Origin: Macrostomum lignano
Lineage: Eukaryota
DNA length: 64,000 nt
Reading direction: 5' to 3'
NCBI GenBank assembly: GCA_002269645.1
Contig: NIVC01002983.1
Location: 1-64,000 of the forward strand
The notes below the pieces were generated by a model, which was not told the origin of the DNA, made no database searches, and saw only the letters and a program-made list of their open reading frames with translations. Of this stretch, positions 37,220 through 50,200 are shown in pieces. Both the position numbers and the translations under genes were made by a program. Every line of letters starts with the position of its first letter. Within the stretch, counting starts at the first letter, position 1.

Positions 37220-38010
37220 GTAGTCACTCAATGGCCTCAGCCTACGGAATCAAGTAGTCAATCTATGGCCTCAGCCTACGGAATCAAGTAGTCACTCTAT
37301 GGCCTCAGCCTACGGAATCAAGTAGTCACTCTATGGCCTCAGCCTACGGAATCAAGTAGTCAATCTATAGCCTCAGCCTACGGAATCAAGTAGTCACTCT
37401 ATGGCCTCAGCCTACAGAATCAAGTAGTCACTCTATGGCCTCAGCCTACAGAATCAAGTAGTCACTCTATGGCCTCAGCCTACAGAATCAAGTAGTCACT
37501 CTATGGCCTCAGCCTACAGAATCAAGTAGTCACTCTATGGCCTCTGCCTAAAGAATCAAGTAGTCACTCTATGGCCTCAGCCTACAGAATCAAGTAGTCA
37601 CTCTATGGCCTCAGCCTACAGAATCAAGTAGTCACTCTATGGCCTCAGCCTACAGAATCAAGTAGTCACTCTATGGCCTCAGACTACATAATCAAGTAGT
37701 CACTCTATGGCCTCAGCCTACGGAATCAAGCAGTCACTCTATGGCCTCAGCCTACGGAATCAAGCAGTCACTCTATGGCCTCAGCCTACAGAATCAAGTA
37801 GTCACTCTATGGGCCTCAGCCTAAAGAATCAAGTAGTCACTCTATGGCCTCTGCCTACAGAATCAAGTAGTCACTCTATGGGCCTCAGCCTAAAGAATCA
37901 AGTAGTCACTCTATGGCCTCTGCCTACAGAATCAAGTAGTCACTCTATGGGCCTCAGCCTACGGAATCAAGCAGTCACTCTATGGCCTCAGCCTACAGAA
38001 TCAAGTAGTC
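37220..38010 (+). repeat. 34-bp minisatellite, ~23 copies
   Basis: Unit GTAGTCACTCTATGGCCTCAGCCTAC(A/G)GAATCAA. Confidence 0.96.
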
Positions 38011-38789
38011 TGGTCTCTCGATAATCATTTTTTCATCTTTCATCATTAATACTCCAAGGCATGTGCTGACTTTCTTGCATAAAATTTCAGAAAGTTCAAC
38101 ATCAGCTCTTCAGTGGAATCAAACGGCTAGCGTGGATCAAATGTATCCTGCAAGGCGCCCAGTTACCATGCAGGACCAGGCACCAAAATATCATCTGTGA
38201 TTGACATGTACTGCCGATGCATATTTGTAGCAATTTTTTATTCACTTATTCTATTATTAAGCTTTGAGCACGGCCTATAATTGATCTTAAACTGCAGTTT
38301 GTTTATTCACAGTAACAAACCATTTTATTAGTCAATTCTCATTCTCCATATAGCCGACAGAGATTTTTATGTAGGCCATTCATTTATACTAATTCTGATA
38401 GCAATACGCTGACCTCCACTGCACTCTTTGCGGATGCCTAACACGAATTCTTGCACCGCAATTAAAATTGCCATTTAACATAATGTAGTCGACTTTTATT
38501 GACCAATGAACACTTTAAGAGCGGTATTTCTTTAGCACCATGAGAATTTACTTAGGACTGACATGTATAAGCCCCTTCAAAGTTTTGCATTATAACTATA
38601 ATAGTGCAGAAAAACACTCGACACATGTGACACAGTGCAGTCCATTTTTAAGCATTCGCTAAATAAATGGAATCCATTTGGCTCTTGCAGTTGTCTTGAT
38701 ACGAATCATTGATTTTCTGTACTTTAAAATCCGATCTGATAGCTGCATGTACGGATAAAAAACTTGCAGAGGTATATAATTCGGGGCTT

Positions 38790-39320
38790 TTAATTTGGAT
38801 GCGTCACCGCGGCGTCAGCCAGAAGGTAATCGACGAACACGCCGAGTGCGCGCCTGTTCCCGTCGGTAGAGGGTTGCCTGCAGCGTCGTCAGCAGTGCGA
38901 CTCGACGCGGATGATTTGGCCTCCCAGCAGCTGGAGTCGGCGCGACGGCGCAACCAGGTCACTTGGATGTTGGACAGATCAGGCCGACGCGATGATACAG
39001 TGCCGCGCTGGAAACTCGCTCGTCGCTAATCTTGAAGGCGATGCGCAGCAGGCCAGCGTGAGCTGTGTTTCCATCAATTGTTGCTCAAGCGAGACCGTCT
39101 GCGTCCATGTCTTTAGCGTTGTACAGCAGGACGGTCTGCTCCACCGCCTGGATCATCTCTCGGACTGCAGTGCCGCATAGAACGCAAGGCAGCCCAGACA
39201 AGCCCGTCACGACGCCGCGCAGATCCTTGCGGACGTTGCGAATTAGACTGTCAAGGTACATGTACATGAACTGCTGACCGAAAATTCTGAAACTCCATTG
39301 CCTGTCCGTCTGCGCCTTGG
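38790..39320 (-). mobile_element. RTE-like LINE 3' fragment
   Basis: Minus translations AVEQTVLLYNA..., AHAGLLRIAFKISDERVSSAALYHRVGL, RRLQLLGGQIIR and LLTTLQATLYRREQARTRR match RTE ORF2 post-RT motifs. Confidence 0.75.
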
Positions 39321-39759
39321 CACAAAATTGAAGCCTGTATGTCTTAAATTAGATGCATCGATGCATTTACCTGCGCCATGTAGCTAGTAATGTTGAATTA
39401 GGGTACATATACATGTAGCTATAGACTGTATATTTCTGGGAAGTAAACCAATAAAAAGTTAAAGTAGATGGCATCAATCTGCACTTGATTTTCTTAGAAA
39501 TGATCGAGCTGGAGGCCCGTAAGGAACGTACATGTCTTATTTTTGCCAGGTAATAATGCCAGTGCATTCGCGATTCTTAATATGGTACGTTTAGAGAAAT
39601 TGGATTTTTCTAGCGCTGACGACGAAATTTGTATATGACTTGTAGCGCCTTGTTTCCCACTGTCCTTGCGATTAATAAAAAGTACTTTCTTTTGAGTGCC
39701 CACAAGCTAGGTTGTCTATGACCCAAACTCCAACTTTCGGTTTCAGCCGAACTTGTACT

Positions 39760-40008
39760 TTATTTTTTATTAAATAGACGCGATCGCCCCCCAGCCGAGG
39801 TTTAACCTTTCGCTCAACTTAATTAATAATCTTCATCCTTTGGTAGCCAGCGCTACAGACTAAACCTAATTATAAAATTCATGCATCCCTGGGCCGTTTG
39901 TGTTTGAAACATGCATTTGAAACAAATACGTGCATTCTCCAAAGAACGGCACAGAATCGAACTAGGGGTCGTGGCGCGAGAGGCAGACGCGTTTACCACA
40001 AGCGACTT
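39760..40008 (-). mobile_element. tRNA-derived SINE-like element
   Basis: Minus strand has an A-box-like GTGGTAAACGCG, a tRNA-like arm GTCTGCCTCTCGCGCCACGAC and a B-box-like TAGTTCGATTCT (39953-40008), with an A-rich tail AATAAAAAATAAA near 39765. It does not fold as a full tRNA. Confidence 0.5.
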
Positions 40009-43000
40009 CTCTCTGTTGACGATATATAGTTATTATATATATAGCGACTAATAATTATTCCTTCTTGAAAATCAGAGACGCTCCCGCCGCCACTTTACAA
40101 CATTGCGCTACACTAAAAACTAAATAAGATTGGTACAAGTAAAAGATCAACGAATGACAGAATCGAGGTCAACTTTAACCAACCATCTGGATGTGGCCGT
40201 CCCACATACCGGTCTAAGAGACAGTGGTTGTTTGTGGCACCAACATATGTACGCCTACATGTACCAGCTAAGGTAGAACTCACCAAAAAGCAAGCAAATA
40301 AAGCTTTTATTGACCAAGATTGGATTATATTCGAATTTCATCTCGACGGAAAAATCTACTTCTACATATACATAACCGAGGCTAGCTATCGAGCGGCGAC
40401 AAGGGTAATCCCAACCAATTTGTGCAGATACAGAGGGCAGCTTTTCGAATGCTTTTTTTTGCGAGGTAGCCTGTTTTTTAAGCCTTCCTAAATTTATTAA
40501 ACAATTAATAGCTAACAAAGTAAAAATATTTACCTTGACAAAAGAAGCTATGTGTAAAGTCGCCTTTGTTTGAATACTCATGCATGTCAAACAAAAAACA
40601 ATTTCGAGAACAGATATTTCTTTCTTAGAATCACTGCCCACAACAACGAGTCTTAGTCCACAACGTCATTTCTGTTTTCTTCCACTTAGGCCTAGGCTTA
40701 GGCCTACGTCCATGAGTCCGGGACTGCAGGTTTTATTATTGGCCTAGAAATGAAAAGGCACAAAATATAGCATTGGTATTTGGTACTATAGGCGGCAGGC
40801 CCATTGTGCAATGTAAAATGAGTCTGTTAGTTAACATTAGCTTCTGTTCTGACTGACTTTGTGAGTTATGTAGTGCATGTATAGTTAGTTATGTTATGTA
40901 GGCCCCTAATAAAGGAATTTAAAGCTGGCTGATATAGGCCCCTAATAACTTTTACAAGCCAGTGTTGCCACTAGGTGTCAGTATAAAAATTGAAGATAGT
41001 AAAATATAACTAGGGCCTAGATAAATTTTGTTAACAATAAGTCAATTAGAAACTTTCTATTTGAGTTGTCTATATTCTTTGACTACTAGTCTCTAGAATA
41101 AATTTCTAGTTAAATCTCTATGCATGCAAAAAGTTTTGATAGGTCTAGGCTAGCTGTATTAGCATAAGCAATTAGTTTTTCTTGTAATTTCCAATAGTTT
41201 TGATAACATTGCTTATTCTGACTAATGCTTTAGCCAAGAAGCTTCATTGGCTATATGCTAGGCCTAGCGCCTAGGCCCCTAATTTGCGTAAAAATATCAT
41301 CTTCTATGGCTCTGCTAGATCATTTTTAACTTTAGAGATTCAAACTTATGGTATCATTGAATTTTTTTGTTAAACTATTTTTTCAATGTTTTTTTCACAC
41401 TATCTCCACCCCACACTCTGGATCATATAGGATATGCCCAAAAATTTGGGTGTGCATTGGCCTTGAATGCCAAAAATAGGCATGCATAGTTGACATACAT
41501 TGTCATTAAGGCCTATTCTTAAGAAAATAACATGTGTAGGCCTAATGCATGCATACTTGGCATGCACTCTATAGAATCATATGGGTTGTAGAAAAGTTAT
41601 TATAAAGTAGAATAAAGATAAAAAAGGTTCATTTTAAGTTTAAATTTTAAGATTTTTGGGGGTTTTTAAGTTGGTAATAAAGCATTTAAATAAATCTGTA
41701 AATAGTATTGATTTATTTGATTTTTTACTATAAATAGTACTATTGAAAAAGTAGAAAAATGAACCAAATTGTTTGCATAAATGGGTTCATTAGGGGCCTA
41801 TGCAATTTAAAATATGTCATTTATTGTCACAACATAAAAAAGGTCATTTTTGTTGCAACACTGGCATAGTTTTGAGATTAGATTAGATATACATTCATTT
41901 TTCGGGATGCATTTTTAATTATTCAATTTTTGTTTGAGTGTTTACCTAGCATCATCTAGACTATGATCTCTACCTAAGAAGCTGATTTTAGTATGTTTGG
42001 ACATCCCCCAAGCTATTTGTATTAAAACAGTAAAATTATCTCTAGCAATTCTTAACAATTTTTAACAATTTGAAGTGTCAAAGTTTTGGATTTCAGATTA
42101 GTAAAAAATGTAAAAAACAATGAAAAAAATAATTAAAAACAATAATACAATGAGTATCAAGACTTGTATCAAAACTTAGCAGAGATAATAATAGGCAATC
42201 TAGTATAGATATATCATGTTACCAAAAGTAGGCCCTATTGATAGGATAAAGCCAGCACCAAAGAAATTCTTCCAGATGTATGGTGAATAGTACATTGCTA
42301 GTTCTATAAATGCAACAAAATTTAGCTTTCATGTGAGCCTAAGTTCCCTCAATGAGGTTTATATAGATGTATGATGCATTTGAGTCAATAAAAAGTAGGT
42401 AGGAGGGCCTAATTGTTGATTGTCAGGTGGTTTGGCATTGGCAATATGTTAAATGCCTATTAGCTATCTGTAACCCTGGTAAGACATAATGCACAATGAT
42501 AAAGAGCATGGTTGGCAGCTATGCAGTCTAGAACAACCACTATTATGCACTTTGTTGAACTATACTCTGCCTTTGCCATGCTAAGAACCCACTGACTAGG
42601 TTGGAAAGCATCTTGATAGAACTTATGATATATGAAGTTGGGTTGATTCAAGTCAATTAAATTAACAAGCACCTGGGTACATATTTTGCTAATAAAGTTT
42701 TGCTAATCTACCATAGCTTTGTGGTAAACACCTATCTAGATACAGCATTTAGACTGTCTTTCTTACAGTGCCTACCAATACATGAGATATACAATCTATT
42801 GCAAGGATTGCTTTGATGCTTGAAAGAATGAATCCTTGCATATGGACACCTGACTATGGCATGCTATATAAGCCTAGGCAACACCATCAATATACTAGTC
42901 TCCAACATAGCATTGTAGATGCATAGGCCTAGGTATATCACTAGCTTTATAAACAGTTGTGCTAGTTCTTAAGAAGTCAGTAGGTTGCTAGCTATTCAAT

Positions 43001-44837
43001 AGTTTGCTAGGTGTCCTATGTTAGCCTAGTCAACTCTGCCATTGGCATGTTTCTCTTGATCAGCTCAATAGTATTATGTAGCAAGTTTAGATTTATAATA
43101 AATAATGGTGCTATGGGGCAGCCTCTTAGCATGGTATTGATAGACTTAATAGTTAATGGTCTTAGCAAGAACTTAGCAGCAAGAACAAGTCTGAGTGCTT
43201 ATACTCTCCCTCTGTCTAACCGACTCATCCTTTTGGGCCATGGACACTCCTAAGCATTAGTGCTATATCGGACAATACAACAAGATGTAAAATTGAGGGG
43301 AGGGTATTGCTATGCACATTTCACTTTGTAATCCCTTCTCAATTCTCTTTGAATGCTTTTCTTTGTACTATATATGAAGTAAAAGCAAATGCCTTTAAGC
43401 GAGCCAAGGCCTCTTGAGTAAAACACTAGAACAAAGAAGTATTATAGTTATGGAATATAATCATTTCAAGGCAATTTTGTATTTAAATGATTGTCTTCCA
43501 AAAATGAAATAGGATATGAGATGTTCATTCATAAAAAAGTTATATGTTCTATGACTGCATGAAATTAGCAAAATTGACTAGAAAAGTTATAGTTTTGGAA
43601 CATGATCATTTTAATGCAATTTTCATATTTAAAGGATTGTTATCCAGAATAGATATAATACACAAGGTGCAAAAATATACAAATGCTAAAAGGATCATTT
43701 GTTCCAATAAATCAAAACTTTTTTCTCTGGAAACAGTTTGTTATATATTGTTCTAAAAACTTCTAAGCTTTATTTTATTTATTCAAAACATTTTATAGTG
43801 ATCATTATTTTACTCAGTGATTGTTATCCCAAAGATTGTTATCTACAAGTTAGTGGGACTAGTGGGTATGACCATTGAAATAGGCCCCTTAGTAACCAAT
43901 TTCAAAAACAGTAGAATGATTGACTAAAATTTTATCAAAATTTTTTCACAAACAATCTGATAAAACTACCATCTATCTGTCAAAAAATTGAATAATTCTC
44001 TACTTATCCTTGCTTTTATAACTGCAGTTTTTATGTTCTAACTATGAGAAAGTGAAAAATAATATGACAAAACTAATGGAGGCTGAAGCAACAGTTCATT
44101 AGTTTATTGCAGGCTTATTTAATGTCTTGACATGCTATTTAAATTCATAATGCAGACCAAAGTACTGAGTACATGTTTTATGATGCATGATAAATGTTAT
44201 GTTTTTAATCATCAGAAAACTGTCGAAAGGCAATTAAAATCTCAAATTGCCTGTGATTAAAATTGCCAGAAGTGACAAAACCCTTGACCTTTTTACAAGT
44301 TTGCAACAATTCATTTGTTTATGTATAAATTAACCTTTTGATTTTTAATGTCTGCAACACATTAAAGAACCAAGTCATAAGTACAGAGAAAATACACAAG
44401 ACTATAAGCTAAAAAAGTAGGAATGGACAAAGTCTAACTGCAAACCCTTCCTATTTACTACTAAGATCTCCAAAGAAAAGTAAATGATGTCAAGGTTGTA
44501 ATTTAGCACAAATACTTGTAGTTAGTGCTAGTTACTATGTGGATAAAATGCAAATTGCAATTGTCATTGCTAATAATTTAGCAACATTTCAATTGAATTA
44601 TTCAATACTTAATATATTCCTATTTACTAAAAATAAGTAATATAAAATTCATTTTATCTATGAGTTATGCACTAGCCTAAACTTCTAATGTGACATCTTG
44701 TTATGTATTTGTTTATCTACTGTATGTAGCAAACATGATACATCTCATGCTACATGTACTGATAGTGCATGTATGTACTGTCTAAAAAGACTTTTATTAG
44801 TCAGTTGTTATAAAATGTGCGCTTTTTCAGATGCCCC

Positions 44838-45095
44838 ATGGCCAGTCCAGAAGAGGACACTGGTCGCAATAGAGATTCGCTCTCGCCTCAATTTGATGAT
44901 GTCAATGATGATGACGAAAATGACAGTAATGATAGCTACAGTTCGGATGCAGATGAAGATGATGCTGGGCAGCTTGGTGGACAGGAGTTGGATCCAGCTG
45001 TCTGGTGCTTGTTGGATAGGGTTGGACGGAGGCACTGGCTTAACAGCGATGGACTGCTGCTGATTGGTCGGGAGGATTGCAGCCTCATGCTTAAG
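44838..45095 (+). CDS. CEP170: CEP170-like centrosomal protein, coding exon 1 (start of FHA)
   Basis: Acceptor TTTTTCAG at 44830, ATG at 44838. WCLLDRVGRRHWL...LIGREDCSLMLK matches CEP170 WFLV..G.RH.L..IFVGRDDCELML. Donor AAG|GTGACT at 45096. Confidence 0.9.
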
Positions 45096-45126
45096 GTGAC
45101 TGTTAGTGCATTCGTTTGGTTAGCCA

Positions 45127-45186
45127 TCTGTCTATCTATCTGTCTATCTATCTATCTATCTATCTGTCTATCTATCTATCTATCTG

Positions 45187-45217
<31 letters not shown>

Positions 45218-45550
45218 GTCTGTCTATCTATCTATCTATCTGTCTATCTATCTATCTATCTATCTGTCTATCTATCTATCTATCTATCTATCTGTCTATC
45301 TATCTATCTATCTATCTATCTGTCTATCTATCTATCTGTCTATCTATCTATCTGTCTATCTATCTATCTGTCTATCTATCTATCTATCTGTCTATCTATC
45401 TATCTGTCTATCTATCTATCTATCTATCTATCTGTCTATCTATCTATCTATCTATCTATCTGTCTATCTATCTATCTGTCTATCTATCTATCTGTCTATC
45501 TATCTATCTATCTGTCTATCTATCTGTCTGTCTATCTATCTATCTATCTG

Positions 45551-45592
<42 letters not shown>

Positions 45593-45600
45593 ATCTATCT
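45127..45600 (+). repeat. (TCTA/TCTG)n microsatellite, CEP170 intron 1
   Basis: TCTA runs with TCTG variants. Confidence 0.98.
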
Positions 45601-45662
45601 GTATGCCTACGTACCTACCTGGTAAAATTGCTAGATATTAATTAGCCTATTAAAAATTCCAG

Positions 45663-45752
45663 TCGCACAGCGTGGACCCTCAGCACGCTGTGATGACATA
45701 CGACTCCGAGCTCAGACTGTATCGCGTCAAAGACCTCGACACTGTTAACGGG
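45663..45752 (+). CDS. CEP170: CEP170 exon 2 (FHA)
   Basis: SHSVDPQHAVMTYDSELRLYRVKDLDTVNG (compare SRSVDKQHAVINYD...VKDLGSLNG). AG at 45661-62, GT at 45753, phase 0/0. Confidence 0.95.
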
Positions 45753-46016
45753 GTAAGCCTTTTAAGCCGTTTGCCGTTCGCTTTTTTCGTCTTTCTCGTC
45801 ATTTTTTATGACAGTCTGCCGGCAGTTTTTTTGCTCCCCTTCGCCTTCTATTCTTGCAACTATCTATTTTTCTAAGAAAAGTTGATTGACAGCCGATGTC
45901 TGTTTGCTAACTTCACTTCCTTCTTTATATATATTTTTCTATCTAGTTTCTAGTATTCCGTTTTTTTGACGCATTTAAAAAAGTTTGTACTGTATTTTCT
46001 TTTTCTGAATTCGCTG

Positions 46017-46875
46017 CCACCCACTGAAGTACCTGAAAGAGGGCAGTGGCACCCACTGAAGTATCTGAAGAAAGCGGAGGCACTCACTGAAGTACTTGAA
46101 AGAGGGCAGTGGCACCTACTGAAGTACCTGAAAGAGGGAAGTGGCACCCACTGAAGTACCTGAAAGAGGGAAGTGGCACCCACTGAAGTATCTAAAGAGA
46201 GCGGTGGCACCCACTGAAGTATCTGAAGAAGGCAGTGGCACCCACTGAAGTACCTGAAGAGGGCAGTGGCACCCACTGAAGTACCTGAAAGAGGGAAGTG
46301 GCACCCACTGAAGTATCTGAAGAGAGCGGTGGCACCCACTGAAGTACCTGAAGAAGTCAGTGGCACCCACTGAAGTACTTGAAAGAGGGAAGTGGCACCC
46401 ACTGAAGTACCTGAAAGAGGGCAGTGGCACCCACTGAACTACCTGAAGAGGGCAGTGGCACCCACTGAAGTACCTGAAAGAGGGCAGTGGCACCCACTGA
46501 ACTACCTGAAGAGGGCAGTGGCACCCACTGAAGTATCTGAAGAGAGCGGTGGCACCCACTGAAGTACCTGAAAGAGAGTGGTGGCACCCACTGAAGTATC
46601 TGAAGAGAGAGCGGTGGCACCCACTGAAGTATCTGAAGAGAGAGCGGTGGCACCCACTGAAGTATCTGAACAGGGCAGTGGCACCCACTGAAGTATCTGA
46701 ACAGGGCAGTGGCATCCACTGAAGTATCTGAACAGGGCAGTGGCACCCACTGAAGTATCTGAACAGGGCAGTGGCACCCACTGAAGTATCTGAAGAGAGA
46801 GCGGAGGCACCCACTGAAGTATCTGAAGAGAGAGCGGAGGCACCCACTGAAGTATCTGAAGAGAGAGCGGCACCC
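46017..46875 (+). repeat. ~30-32 bp minisatellite, ~28 copies, CEP170 intron 2
   Basis: Unit GGCAGTGGCACCCACTGAAGTACCTGAAAGAG. Confidence 0.96.
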
Positions 46876-46953
46876 TATGCATACTTCTCAGGTTCTATAG
46901 ATACTCGTGCATAGGCGTACAATGATACAGAACCGTTATATTTTCATTGCCAG

Positions 46954-47268
46954 ACATTTGTCAACGAGAGCAGAATAGCCGAGGACACCTATGTTTACCT
47001 TAACAATGGCGATTCGCTTCGGTTTGGTTACGATTCTAACGTGTTTCGAGTGCAAAGATTTTCCCCAACTACCGCCGCTGCCACAACGTCTTCTGCGGCC
47101 TCCTCAACGCCTCCTTCAGCTGCTCCGTCTGCTTCAGTGCCCGCGACCGCCGCCTCTGCCCTGAAAAAGTCCGAGCATCCGCCTGTTGTGTCTCGACCGT
47201 CTCTCAGTGGCTTGCCCGAATGGGCTACTGGCGCCGCTAAGGGTGTCTCAGCTATGGCCGAGTGTCCG
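46954..47268 (+). CDS. CEP170: CEP170 exon 3 (FHA end plus linker)
   Basis: Acceptor TTGCCAG at 46953. TFVNESRIAEDTYVYLNNGDSLRFGYDSNVF (compare TFVNDVRIPEQTYITL..DKLRFGYDTNLF). First donor CCG|GTGAGT at 47269, phase 0. Confidence 0.93.
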
Positions 47269-50200
47269 GTGAGTTGTGTCTTCTTAGTGTCTAATATTGG
47301 GGTGGAGTGTCTGGTGAGTTGTGTCTTCTTAGTGTCTAATATTGGGGTGGAGTGTCCGGTGAGTTGTGTCTTCTTAGTGTCTAATATTGGGGTGGAGTGT
47401 CTGGTGAGTTGTGTCTTCTTAGTGTCTAATATTGGGGTGGAGTGTCCGGTGAGTTGTGTCTTCTTAGTGTCTAATATTGGGGTGGAGTGTCTGGTGAGTT
47501 GTGTCTTCTTAGTGTCTAATATTGGGGTGGAGTGTCTGGTGAGTTGTGTCTTCTTAGTGTCTAATATTGGGGTGGAGTGTCCGGTGAGTTGTGTCTTCTT
47601 AGTGTCTAATATTGGGGTGGAGTGTCTGGTGAGTTGTGTATTCTTAGTGTCTAATATTGGGGTGGAGTGTCTGGTGAGTTGTGTCTTCTTAGTGTCTAAT
47701 ATTGGGGTGGAGTGTCTGGTGAGTTGTGTCTTCTTAGTGTCTAATATTGGGGTGGAGTGTCCGGTGAGTTGTGTCTTCTTAGTGTCTAATATTGGGGTGG
47801 AGTGTCCGGTGAGTTGTGTCTTCTTAGTGTCTAATATTGGGGTGGAGTGTCCGGTGAGTTGTGTCTTCTTAGTGTCTAATATTGGGGTGGAGTGTCCGGT
47901 GAGTTGTGTCTTCTTAGTGTCTAATATTGGGGTGGAGTGTCCGGTGAGTTGTGTCTTCTTAGTGTCTAATATTGGGGTGGAGTGTCCGGTGAGTTGTGTC
48001 TTCTTAGTGTCTAATATTGGGGTGGAGTGTCCGGTGAGTTGTGTCTTCTTAGTGTCTAATATTGGGGTGGAGTGTCTGGTGAGTTGTGTCTTCTTAGTGT
48101 CTAATATTGGGGTGGAGTGTCCGGTGAGTTGTGTCTTCTTAGTGTCTAATATTGGGGTGGAGTGTCTGGTGAGTTGTGTCTTCTTAGTGTCTAATATTGG
48201 GGTGGAGTGTCTGGTGAGTTGTGTCTTCTTAGTGTCTAATATTGGGGTGGAGTGTCCGGTGAGTTGTGTATTCTTAGTGTCTAATATTGGGGTGGAGTGT
48301 CTGGTGAGTTGTGTCTTCTTAGTGTCTAATATTGGGGTGGAGTGTCCGGTGAGTTGTGTCTTCTTAGTGTCTAATATTGGGGTGGAGTGTCTGGTGAGTT
48401 GTGTCTTCTTAGTGTCTAATATTGGGGTGGAGTGTCTGGTGAGTTGTGTCTTCTTAGTGTCTAATATTGGGGTGGAGTGTCCGGTGAGTTGTGTATTCTT
48501 AGTGTCTAATATTGGGGTGGAGTGTCTGGTGAGTTGTGTCTTCTTAGTGTCTAATATTGGGGTGGAGTGTCCGGTGAGTTGTGTCTTCTTAGTGTCTAAT
48601 ATTGGGGTGGAGTGTCCGGTGAGTTGTGTCTTCTTAGTGTCTAATATTGGGGTGGAGTGTCCGGTGAGTTGTGTCTTCTTAGTGTCTAATATTGGGGTGG
48701 AGTGTCCGGTGAGTTGTGTCTTCTTAGTGTCTAATATTGGGGTGGAGTGTCCGGTGAGTTGTGTATTCTTAGTGTCTAATATTGGGGTGGAGTGTCTGGT
48801 GAGTTGTGTCTTCTTAGTGTCTAATATTGGGGTGGAGTGTCCGGTGAGTTGTGTCTTCTTAGTGTCTAATATTGGGGTGGAGTGTCTGGTGAGTTGTGTC
48901 TTCTTAGTGTCTAATATTGGGGTGGAGTGTCTGGTGAGTTGTGTCTTCTTAGTGTCTAATATTGGGGTGGAGTGTCCGGTGAGTTGTGTCTTCTTAGTGT
49001 CTAATATTGGGGTGGAGTGTCTGGTGAGTTGTGTCTTCTTAGTGTCTAATATTGGGGTGGAGTGTCCGGTGAGTTGTGTCTTCTTAGTGTCTAATATTGG
49101 GGTGGAGTGTCTGGTGAGTTGTGTCTTCTTAGTGTCTAATATTGGGGTGGAGTGTCCGGTGAGTTGTGTCTTCTTAGTGTCTAATATTGGGGTGGAGTGT
49201 CTGGTGAGTTGTGTCTTCTTAGTGTCTAATATTGGGGTGGAGTGTCCGGTGAGTTGTGTCTTCTTAGTGTCTAATATTGGGGTGGAGTGTCCGGTGAGTT
49301 GTGTATTCTTAGTGTCTAATATTGGGGTGGAGTGTCCGGTGAGTTGTGTCTTCTTAGTGTCTAATATTGGGGTGGAGTGTCTGGTGAGTTGTGTCTTCTT
49401 AGTGTCTAATATTGGGGTGGAGTGTCCGGTGAGTTGTGTCTTCTTAGTGTCTAATATTGGGGTGGAGTGTATGGTGAGTTGTGTCTTCTTAGTGTCTAAT
49501 ATTGGGGTGGAGTGTCCGGTGAGTTGTGTCTTCTTAGTGTCTAATATTGGGGTGGAGTGTCTGGTGAGTTGTGTCTTCTTAGTGTCTAATATTGGGGTGG
49601 AGTGTCCGGTGGGTTGTGTCTTCTTAGTGTCTAATATTGGGGTGGAGTGTCCGGTGAGTTGTGTCTTCTTAGTGTCTAATATTGGGGTGGAGTGTCCGGT
49701 GAGTTGTGTCTTCTTAGTGTCTAATATTGGGGTGGAGTGTCTGGTGAGTTGTGTCTTCTTAGTGTCTAATATTGGGGTGGAGTGTCTGGTGAGTTGTGTA
49801 TTCTTAGTGTCTAATATTGGGGTGGAGTGTCTGGTGAGTTGTGTCTTCTTAGTGTCTAATATTGGGGTGGAGTGTCTGGTGAGTTGTGTCTTCTTAGTGT
49901 CTAATATTGGGGTGGAGTGTCTGGTGAGTTGTGTCTTCTTAGTGTCTAATATTGGGGTGGAGTGTCTGGTGAGTTGTGTCTTCTTAGTGTCTAATATTGG
50001 GGTGGAGTGTCTGGTGAGTTGTGTCTTCTTAGTGTCTAATATTGGGGTGGAGTGTCTGGTGAGTTGTGTCTTCTTAGTGTCTAATATTGGGGTTGTGTGT
50101 CCGGTGAGTTGTGTCTTCTTAGTGTCTAATATTGGGGTGGAGTGTCTGGTGAGTTGTGTCTTCTTAGTGTCTAATATTGGGGTGGAGTGTCCGGTGAGTT

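Noticed and set aside
35290-39320. Death-domain-like pseudogene fragments (SDLLRRLQLGGHII...)
   Set aside because: Better explained as RTE LINE C-terminal motifs (LY.R...RRL.LAGH.IR), supported by the less-decayed copy at 5580-5870.
39953-40008. Functional tRNA gene
   Set aside because: It has A/B-box-like motifs but no complete cloverleaf or acceptor stem, so it is treated as a SINE head.
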